Of a stretch of DNA of 64,000 bases, positions 47,157-57,900 are shown piece after piece. The stretch is from positions 62,001-126,000 of the forward strand of contig NIVC01001992.1 of NCBI GenBank assembly GCA_002269645.1. The letters run 5' to 3'. The translations under genes were made by a program, and so were the position numbers. The notes under the pieces are model-generated. The model was not told the origin of the DNA, made no database searches, and saw only the letters and a list, made by a program, of their open reading frames with translations. The number at the start of each line of letters is the position of its first letter. Positions within the stretch are counted from its first letter, which is position 1. The stretch comes from Macrostomum lignano (Eukaryota).

Positions 47157-50100
47157 AAAGTGGCGAACATTGAGGGACTGGGGGAGAGAGGAGGGGTTGG
47201 CTGATGTAACAAACATAAAGGGAAGGGGGAGGAGTTAAATGGGGCAGATTTATATTTGCCTCTTGTTTTCTATATTAAGTTTATGGGCTTATTATCAATT
47301 TATATGATTCATTTAATTGACTATGGCTGTCCATGCCCTAGCAGTGTCTAGTCTAGACTCTAGTGTTAAGGGGATGAATCTCTGATATACCTTCCAAGTT
47401 GTTTCTTTCCTACCCCATTTTGACTGAGTCACTGCTATAGTTTGCAATGCTTTTATTGCATTTAATGCATTCAATGCATTTAATTCAAGCATTCATCTGA
47501 CCCAATAATCAAATTAGGATGTACCCGAACCTTTTATAGAAAGTGCAGCATGAATAGCAAACATTTCTAACAAATCTTATATACAATACAATACAATGAA
47601 CCTAAAATTTCGGGTATCAATGTACCCGAAAGTGCAATACCCAAAATTGAAATTATGCCTGAAAATTTGGTATGAAAATGCCCAAAATTTTGGGTACCCA
47701 AAATTCTAGCCGAAATTTTAGGCCATCTCTAGTAGGAAGTCAAAAATGTTACTAACTATAATATACAAGTATTACTTTGACATGAAAGTAATAAAAAATA
47801 AGGTAAATGGTAAAGTATACAATGACAAAGTCATTTCTTTCAAAAGTATGACAATTAAAGCCAATTTGAACAGCTGAGGATAAGAAAGGGTTTTGGTTAT
47901 AGTAAAGTAAAGCTAGAAATACTACAAGAATAAGATTTGTTACCAAAATCAAAAATCAAAGCATAGAGTTTAAAACCATAAAGTTTTTAGAAATGGTCTA
48001 TGGACAAAATGGTCTGTGCGCAAAATGGTGTAGGGGCAAAATGTCCATGGCCAATGGTTTGGCATTCTTTTGTTTTATAATCCCTGAGCAAGTCAAGTTT
48101 CATCTTACAATCCCTATTAAAAGAGTCAAAAAGACACTCTAGTTTATCAAAATAGTATGTTTCACATTTATTTTCCAAGAAAAAATCACTGCAACTAACT
48201 TTCCAGTCAACTTAAATCATCACTACAACTCACTTTTAAGTTTTCAGTCAACTTGAGGATTGTGGGCATAGCATGGTTATGAAAGAACATAGCTTATATG
48301 CACTTTCATTATACAATCATTTAAATGGTGAAATATATATAGATGATCACATGACAAAACCAAAAAAAGCTTGTAGGTTTCGAATTACAATTACCACATT
48401 AGTAGAATTGTATTGGAGGGATTGTATGATAGAAGTGAACCATCTTGATCCTATCACATTCAAAGTGAACTAATACAAGAAACTCTAGAAACTGTATAAG
48501 TATTTGTTATAAAATTTGCATGTGCTGGTGCCCCCCCCTTCACTTTTGTCATACAATCACCCCTTGGTATAACACATAGGTCCAATAGGGGATTGTAAGA
48601 CGAAAGTAAGGGGGTGTGCCCAAAAAGGGTACAATTATAGTTTATTTAGCAAAAAACTCTAAAAAACTAAAAAATACCCTTGTACTTTTTTATGCAATTG
48701 ATTGTTTACTTGAAATGTCTATTATAGCAACCATTTCCTACCATTTCGTCATACAATCCCTCCAATACAATTTTAACATTGGTGTGATCGTAATTCCAAA
48801 CCTACAAGCTCTTTCGGTTTGTCTTCCAATCATCTGCATATAAATTCCATTTAAATGAACATATAACAAAAGTAAATATAAGGACAGGCTTCTAACTTCT
48901 ATAAGACACAAGATTTTATGTTAAAATGATATGCTTAGAAAGTGGTCCCATTTTGAAGTTTAATTTTGAGAGCAATTTTCCATCCTCTGTGGGGGGATTG
49001 TATAACAAAAGTCCCAACTCCCATAGGGACAGTGCTAGGTGATCGTAAAATGAAAGAATGCCAATGGTTTATGGACAAAACAACTAAGCACATTGTGTTA
49101 AGATTTGAGGCTTTAGGAGGAATAGGCCTAGAGGATTGAAAAGTTTGAGTTTAAAGATACTAAAATATTTGTATTCAATATAACTTGGTATTTTGTCTTC
49201 AAATCAGTTTTGTCAGATATTTGAATCAAATCAAATTGGTTCAAAAATTTCATTTTGTCTAATTTCTATTTGCAATTTTATTCATTTGTATTATTTAAAT
49301 TTGCCTTTTGCTTATATATAATACTTGTATATTGGCAAATCATAGGACTTTATTGAAGTCCCTATCTATACCTATGAAATAAGAACTGTCTATGAATATG
49401 TATATATATAAATTACATTGCTATAATGGGCTTTTAAACTACCTAATTACCAAATTATATCAAATTTGGCACCTACCCTAAACTTACTATAGAAAAGGCT
49501 ACTTTAAAATGTCCTAAATTCAATTTTTGTAAGCCTATCCTAAAGTGCAAAAACTGCAAAAAATATGATTTTTTACCTACTTCTTTATAACATTGTTCCA
49601 CTTTTACCAATCCTCTTTAAATTTGACACAAACAATCTTTAACTACTTGTATTTTGATACAATTCTATAGTTCAACTGTAAGTCTCAAAGTTATTTTTGA
49701 AATCCTAAATGGCTGCTTTGCACTTTTTAAATTAGTTTGCTTTTTATCATCAAGACAAATCCTAACCTCTACTTCCCTCTTTCCCTTTGTTATCTAGCCA
49801 GATGTGTAAAAAGGTTTTTAAAATTGACTGACTTTTGACTATTATAAGTTTGCTCCAATCAAAGCAATTGATCTTCAAATATGACACAATTCTTTATTGA
49901 CTTCTTTGTCTTATAAAGTCTCAAGTTCTCAATTCTGTGATCAACCTGGATAAAAACTACAGTGTTTTGACATTTTAATGGCCTCTGTGACCCCATGAAA
50001 AGACTATAAGCAACTAGGATAATTTAATAAGAAATTCTAGCCATTGTCCTACAAAATAGGAGAAAAAAGAGAACAAATAAAAGGGAAGAGAATAAAGAGG

Positions 50101-50268
50101 AAAAGGAAGAGAGGACAGGTGACCAATGAGAAAGGTAAAGAGAAAAGTTTCCAATGCCTCAAATTTTAATTTAGCACAAATTTACCACAATTTTGTTTAT
50201 CTCTTTGTCTAACAATTGTCAAATTTTTGTTTGAGTATGGCCATTCATATTAAGAAATGTAAGAAAAA

Positions 50269-52123
50269 GGGTCTATGAAATTTGCTAGCAGGAAATCTGC
50301 TAGCCAAAGTTTGCTAGCAAGAAATTTGCTTGCCAAAATCTGCTAGCCAAAGTTTGCTAGCCGAAATGTGCTAGCCGAAATCTGCTAGCCGAAGTTTGCT
50401 AGCCAAAATGTGCTAGCCAAAATCTGCTAGCCAAAGTTTGCTAGCCAAAATGTGCTAGCCAAAATCTGCTAGCCGAAATGTGCTAGCCAAAATCTGCTAG
50501 CCAAAGTTTGCTAGCCAAAATGTGCTAGCCAAAATCTGCTAGCCGAAATGTGCTAGCCAAAATCTGCTAGCCAAAGTTTGCTAGCCAAAGTTTGCTAGCC
50601 AAAATGTGCTAGCCGAAATCTGCTAGCCGAAATCTGCTAGCTGAAGTTTGCTAGCAGGAATTTTGCTAGCAAGGATTTTGCTAGCGAAAATCTGCTAATG
50701 ATAATCTAACCAAAACCGGCAAACAGCAATTTACGAATTTGTAATTTGCTAGAGACATTTTTTCTTGTCCAATTTGGCAAGAAACTTTGCAGGACTTATC
50801 AAGCAGGACAAATAAATTTGCATTTTTCACTCTAATGACTCTCTTTGTCGTGCTAATTAGCAGTGATCTGCTAATTGCAATATATAATAATAATTGCAGC
50901 CTGCATTGTTGTATCGTAATATAATGCAATTAAAAATTACTAAATCAGAAATTTCTTTGTAGCTAGCATTCATATGACAAGAATCTGAATGTAATTTATA
51001 TACAAAATGTGCTTGTTAATTCTATTCTTCTTAACACCTTTCAAAATGTGGCTACTTTGGTCAAGATAAATTACCAATTTTCTTTTTTTAAGTGTTTAGA
51101 AAGAGGCCGATCGCGGGCTAAAATAAAATTAAGTGTGCCCAACAATGCAATCATAAAATGTAGACATTTTGGCTTTTTACAGCAATTATTTATCAGATAT
51201 GGCTTTTAGTTATAGAAAGATTTGGGATTTTTAACCACTTCTCTTGACTATTTTTAGCCAAAACCATGCAATACCATTGCCTGGAAACAAGTCAATCTTT
51301 TGACATGGGTTGCAAAAAATCGTTTGCACTTTGATATTTGACATTTGATAATGTTTTAGCATTATCAGCTGTAAGGCCATAGTTCAGGTAGCTCAGGCAG
51401 CTGTAGTTCAGGTAGTTAAATTTAAACTTATCTATATACACACAACTTTCAGTCTTAATGGCTGGTAGTGGCAGTATATAAGTATATGGCAGTATATGGT
51501 ATATAAGTTATATATTTACTTGTACGAATCAAAGCAGCTCAAATCGGAATCAAAACACAGCAAATAACATGCAACAGCTATGAGAGCAAGGCAGCTAGCA
51601 AAATTCCTGCTAGCAGATTTCGGCTAGCAAAATCCTCGCTAGCAAAATTCCTGCTAGCAAACTTCGGCTAGCAGATTTCGGCTAGCGGATTTCGGCTAGC
51701 AAACTTCGGCTAGCAGATTTCGTCTAGCAAATTTCGGCTAGCAGATTTCGTCTAGCACATTTCGGCTAGCAGATTTCGTCTAGCAAACTTCGGCTAGCAG
51801 ATTTTGGCTAGCACATTTCGGCTAGCACATTTCGGCTAGCACATTTCGGCTAGCACATTTCGGCTAGCACATTTCGGCTCGCAAACTTCGACTAGCAGAT
51901 TTTGGCTAGCACATTTCGGCTAGCACATTTCGGCTAGCACATTTCGGCTAGCACATTTCGGCTCGCAAACTTCGACTAGCAAACTTCGGCTAGCACATTT
52001 CGGCTAGCACATTTCGGCTAGCACATTTCGGCTCGCAAACTTCGGCTAGCAGATTTCGGCAAGCAAATTTCTCGCTAGCAAACTTCGGCTAGCAGATTTC
52101 CTGCTAGCAGATCTCGTACTCCC
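50269..52123. mobile_element. Foldback/MULE-like non-autonomous element with inverted tandem-array arms
   Basis: Left array (TGCTAGCCRAAAT.T)n at 50280-50690 and its reverse complement (A.ATTTCGGCTAGCA)n at 51590-52110. GGG...CCC termini. AAGAAAAA flanks on both sides (50261-50268 and 52124-52131). Confidence 0.8.
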
Positions 52124-52497
52124 AAGAAAAAAGTAGTTCAAATACTATATAACACAATACTATATGGCACATTATGAGCAGTTTTGAAATGCTCAAATTT
52201 TAATAGGGACATGTTTGGTATTGCTCTGAAATTTTATGCTTCAATAAAACAATCGTGAAGAAGACTGTACCCTGTAGGTAAAATTTTAAATTATTTAAAC
52301 AATCTTGCTGTCTATAATAGTGAATATAATCTGACAATTTATAAGTTAACAGTTTTATAGATGTATTGTATAGTTGATGAAAGTTACATAAGTCGTATTT
52401 CCATTTCTAAATAGAATTAAAAAGAACTTTTATAACTAAATTTAGTAAATTTATTAGTGGATAGCAGTATAAAATTATATGGATATCTTCAGCCGTC

Positions 52498-53606
52498 ATG
52501 GGCGCCTACAAGTTCATCTCGGAGCTGTACCGCAAGAAGCAATCCGATGTGATGCGCTTCATCCTTCGCCTGCGCTGCTGGCACCTGCGCCAGAGGCACG
52601 TGATCCACCGGGCCACCAAGCCCACCCGGCCGGATAGGGCCCGCCGCCTCGGCTACAAAGCCAAGCAGGGCTTCGTCATCTACCGGATCCGCATCCGCCG
52701 CGGCGGTCGCAAGCGCCCGGTGCCCAAGGGTGCCACCTACGGCAAGCCGGTGCACGAGGGCGTCAACCAGTTGAAGAACCAGCGCAGTCATCAGGCTATC
52801 GCCGAGGTTTGAGCCTGTCTATTTTATTATTTAATGCACCATTCCTGTAACAAACTTACTGCTTTTCATGCTTTTTGCTTTGGAATTTTAGCTAGAATTC
52901 TGACGTGCACGGCGGGCCGTCGCCCTCTCAGATTCTCAGTTGCTGGGCCAACCTCCCAGATCCTCAGTTTCTGTACCAGCCTCCCAGATCCTCAGTTGCT
53001 GGGCCAACCTCCCAGATCCTCAGTTGCTGGGCTAACCTCCCAGATCCTCAGTTGCTGGGCCAGCCTCTCAGATCCTCAGTTGCTGGGCCAGCCTCTCAGA
53101 TCCTCAGTTGCTGGGCCAGCCTCCTAAATTCGATCAATTTCCGTTATTCCAATGTGTCCTCAACCCAGATCCACCAAAACCATTTTAGTTTTTTTCCAGA
53201 TCATCAGATTGAACTAAGAGTATTACGAGCTAAATGCTGACATAGAAACAACTGACAGTAAATATCCCTGCCACTGCATTCGAATTCCCCTTATAACCAG
53301 GAGCGAATCGGCCGCAAAATCGGCGCCCTCCGCGTGCTGGGCTCCTACTGGATTGCGCAGGACTCCACGTACAAGTTCTACGAGGTGATCCTGGTCGACC
53401 CCAACCACAAGGCCATCAGGCGCGACCCCCGCATCAACTGGATCTGCACCGCCAAGCACAAGCACAGGGAGATGCGCGGCCTGACCAGCTCGTCTAAAAA
53501 GAGCCGCGGCCTGGGCAAGGGCCACCGGTTCCACCAGACCATCGGCGGTAGTCGGCACGCCTTCTGGCGCAAGAACAACTTCCTGAGGATGCGCAGGAAG
53601 CGCTAA
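52498..53606 (+). CDS. RPL15: 60S ribosomal protein L15 (eL15), 2 coding exons, 204 aa
   Basis: Exons 52498-52806 ([21 protein letters not shown]...HQAIAE|gt) and 53301-53606 ([31 protein letters not shown]...HREMRGLT...MRRKR*). Total 615 nt. Confidence 0.98.
52915..53125. repeat. 28-bp minisatellite in the RPL15 intron
   Basis: CCTCCCAGATCCTCAGTTGCTGGGCCAA, about 7 copies. Confidence 0.9.
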
Positions 53607-54284
53607 AGAGATTTGCCGTCTCCCGAGGTTCGATGGCTTTAGCTGGATATTGACTGACGATTGCAGATTGCGTGTCCAGTTTGACTTAGCCTCGCAATAG
53701 AAGGCTTTCGTTTAGATATCTGTCTGTTGCTGTCGACAGTGTAGCTTGCAAATAAATGCTGATTGATTTGTTCGGTCAAAGACTGACGGCTGTAGGCTTT
53801 GAATGGAATAAAAAATTATATTGCACTGATATTTTGCACTTCTTACTTTTATTTTTCTTTGCATTGATCTGGGACTGATTTGAGAATGACTGACTGAGTA
53901 ACTCAATGACCTGACTGTATGAGTGAATAAATAAAGGACTGATTGAGTCGGACAACAAGTTTTTAATGACACAATGGTCCAAATCTTTGTCACATTGTTC
54001 TGCGGTATTATTTGACAATAGTATGTTATTGTAGTTATTGAAAAATAAGCAAAATCCTAATTATCGTTTGAGTGCCTTAGTTTCAATGTACGGTATTTCA
54101 GTATTTACTGGCACAAATCTTGATATCAAATGAACATTATAATGCGCAATCATCAGTCAAAACAGCAAAAATGGTAAATTCACTGAATTCTTAAAGTGTA
54201 AACCATGATACGAGCGTATGTTTTCATCAGGGATAATACGTGAAAAATTATCCACTAAAACGACTCCTCGAGTTTGCCTTTCAA

Positions 54285-54810
54285 ACCCTCTAAAAAGTCA
54301 CTTCTAAACCCTCCATAAAGTCGCCTCTATCCCTCAAGAAAGTGGCATCTAAACCCTCAAGAAAGGGACCTCTAAACCCTCCAGAAAGTGGCCTCTAAAC
54401 CCTCAAGAAAGGGACCTCTAAACCCTCTAGAAAGTGGCCTCTAAACCCTCAAGAAAGGGACCTCTAAACCCTCAAGAAAGGGACCTCTAAACCCTCCAGA
54501 AAGTGGCCTCTAAACCCTCAAGAAAGGGACCTCTAAACCCTCCAGAAAATGGCCTCTAAACCCTCAAGAAAGGGACTTCTAAACTCTCCAGAAAGTGGCC
54601 TCTAAACCCTCAAGAAAGGGACCTCTAAACCCTCCAGAAAGTGGCCTCTAAACCCTCAAGAAAGGGACCTCTAAACCCTCCAGAAAGTGGCCTCTAAACC
54701 CTCAAGAAAGGGACCTCTAAACTCTCCAGAAAGTGGCCTCTAAACCCTCAAGAAAGGGACCTCTAAACCCTCCAGAAAGTGGCCTCTTAAACCCCCGAGA
54801 AAGTGGCATC
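54285..54810. repeat. 41-bp dimeric minisatellite (20+21-bp subunits)
   Basis: Alternating CTCTAAACCCTCAAGAAAGGGAC and CTCTAAACCCTCCAGAAAGTGGC subunits. Confidence 0.92.
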
Positions 54811-54958
54811 CTGCTCCTTGAAAGATTCGTCAGTGAAAGTATTCACAGAAGTGTCCCTGAATCAGTGAATTAAACTTCGACAAAGCTTTAATACGAGGGA
54901 GGGATATACTCGTACTTCAGTATGAGCGTAGTGAATCTCTAATCAGCTAGCTTTTCTG

Positions 54959-57900
54959 CTACTCGTTCTCGTTGACCTCTTCGATGTTACCGTCCGGCGG
55001 TGTTGGCATTGGCACCGGCGTCGGAGTGTCGGGCCTGTAGAGCCGTTCTGCGAGGCCCTCGGAGCTGTCGCTGCGCAGGAAGACGCTGCGGCAGTGCGGC
55101 GAGCAGGCGGTAAACAACAGCGGCAGGTAGCGCACGCCGAACAGCTTCTTGGCCGGCCGGATCAGCCGCAGTCCGGGCCCGAACTTCGGCCCGCCGCAGC
55201 ACTCGCACGTGGCCAATCTGCACGGTGAGGGGAAGCGTGCGCCGGTTTCCCAAATACGGACGCGGGGCTCTTTTTGTGCAAAGGAAAGTACGCTTCCTAT
55301 GTATTTGATGACACCCTTGGGCATGTTGGAAACTGTCCAAAGTGAACATCAGACAGATCTTCATGAACCCAACTAATTATTCTCCTAAGTAAAGTGCTTG
55401 TAAAATTCCTTCGTTCACGGTCCTGTCCTTAAGCGACCTTCGATCTCTCTGTCATGTCCTCAAATGACCTTCGATCTCTGTGCTGTCCTTAAATGACCTT
55501 TGATCTCTGTTCTGTCCTTAAGGGACCCTCGATCTCTGTCCTTAAATGAACTCCCACTGCTTTACGTTGGCAAAAAACTTAAAATGAGACCATTTCTCGC
55601 ATTCTCCACCCAGACTTGAACTCACTGGTCCACAAGAATTTGTCGAATCTCTTCAGCCACTTGAGGTGCTCTCTGACCAGCATCCGATTCTCCGACTGTC
55701 TGCAGATCGAATCTTCTGTTCAGTCCGGAGTGGTAGAATGTCAGTGCGGCCAAGTCTTGCAGTTGCTGCGGAAATTATAATTAGACTGGCGACTCATCTA
55801 GAGTCTGTGGTGACTCATCTAGAGACTGTCGACCCATCTAGAGACTGTCGACCCATCTAGAGAAGAGACTGTGGCGACTCATCTACAGACTGTGGCGACT
55901 CATCTGACAGACTGTGGCGACTCATCTAGAGACTGTGGCGACTCATCTAGAGACTGTGGCGACTCATCTACAGACTATGGCGACTCATCTGACAGACTGT
56001 GGCGACTCATCTAGAGACTGTGGCGACTCATCTACAGACTGTGGCGACTCATCTACAGACTATGGCGACTCATTTAGAGACTGTGGCGACTCATCTACAG
56101 ACTGTGGCGACTCATCTAGAGACTGTGGTGACTCATCTACAGACTATGGCGACTCATCTACAGACTGTGGCGACTCATCTGACAGACTGTAGCGACTCAT
56201 CTAGAGACTGTGGCGACTCATCTACAGACTGTGGCGACTCATCTGACAGACTGTGGCGACTCATCTAGAGACTGTGGCGACTCATCTGACAGACTGTGGC
56301 GACTCATCTAGAGACTGTGGCGACTCATCTACAGACTATGGCGACTCATTTAGAGACTGGCGACTCATCTACAGACTGTGGCGACTCATCTAGAGACTGT
56401 GGTGACTCATCTACAGACTATGGCGACTCATCTACAGACTGTGGCGACTCATCTGACAGACTGTAGCGACTCATCTAGAGACTGTGGCGACTCATCTACA
56501 GACTGTGGCGACTCATCTAGAGACTGTGGCGACTCATCTGACAGACTGTGGCGACTCATCTAGAGACTGTGGCGACTCATCTACAGACTATGGCGACTCA
56601 TTTAGAGACTGTGGCGACTCATCTACAGACTGTGGCGACTCATCTAGAGACTGTGGTGACTCATCTACAGACTATGGCGACTCATCTACAGACTGTGGCG
56701 ACTCATCTGACAGACTGTAGCGACTCATCTAGAGACTGTGGCGACTCATCTACAGACTGTGGCGACTCATCTGACAGACTGTGGCGACTCATCTAGAGAC
56801 TGTGGCGACTCATCTAGAGATGGTGGCGACTCATCTAGAGACTGTAGTGACTCATCTAGAGACTGTGGCGACTCATATAGAGATTGTGGCGACTCATCTA
56901 GAGACTGTCGACCCATCTAGAGATGGTGGCGACTCTAGAGGCTGTGGTGACTTATCTAAGAGACTGTAGTGACTCATCTAGAGACTGGCGACTCTTCTAG
57001 AGACAGCAACTATTTATGATATAGCTCCAAATTTTTCAGAGATTCAAATCTAAAAAAGGACCACAAGACTGTGGTACAGTACCCCTATAAGAGCGCAGCA
57101 TGCAGGAAGCACGCAAAGTTCCAGATTCGAACGTCCGTCCTACACGCATATTCTCACCTGCGGCTGGCTCAAACTGTTCTCAGCCCAGAGGAACGGATGC
57201 AGGAAATTGTTACGAACTTTGATTCGCTTTAACCGCATGGCCAGCATTGTGTTGGGCAGGCTGGTCAGCTCGTTGCCCTCCACGTTCAGGTAGGTCAGGT
57301 TGCTGAGAATGGGCCGCGTTAGAATTATTCATTGCTTTAGCGATAGATTATACTACTCTCAACTCAGTAGCATTGTCACTCACCCTTAACAGCCTATTGG
57401 CTCAAGCATTTATCTGCCATTCCACGCAAACTCCGCGCCCCTGGTCGCATCTCTTACCCCCCCCCCTCATGGCTGCTTTTTTCTTTATTTGCTACTGATT
57501 TAATAGTCAGGTGAAGAGAAAAGTAATGTAATTATTTACCGCAGTCCTTTGATCTCCCGGTGTAAGAAAGAGATTTTGTTGTAGGATACGTCCAGAATTC
57601 TCAGCTTCTTCAACTTGTAGAGGCTGAAATAGTACCAAGAAGTGTCAGAGGTGAAATCTTATAGCTCTTATTTTAGTCATCAGTTATACACACTTAAGCA
57701 AAATGCTTTGTGCAGGCGCAGGGGTCGGCCAACTCTGGAATTGAAATTTCCGGCCTTCGGGTCCTTTGAATCTTCACAATAGCAATCTGGCCCGCTCAAG
57801 GTTTGTGTCTCTTCTCTCCCCTCTCCTCTCTCCTCTCTCTCCTCTTCTCCCTCTCTTCTCTCTCCCCTCTCTCCTCTCTCTCCTCTCTCCCTCTTCCCTT

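Larger units (their letters stand above)
42095..47731 (-). mobile_element. Full-length but decayed hAT transposon (5.6 kb)
   Basis: TIR TAGAGATGGCC(C/T)AAAATT at 42095 and 47731. Perfect 8-bp TSD GTAGGAAG (42087-42094 and 47732-47739). Encloses the hAT transposase remnants. Confidence 0.93.

Noticed and set aside
46944-47216. ORFs with LSLSLS or REREER runs
   Set aside because: Translations of the (GA)n microsatellite. The ORFs at 57766-58116 are likewise from a CT-rich tract.
55914-56969. Cluster of MATHLETVATHL ORFs
   Set aside because: Artefacts of the 21-bp minisatellite.
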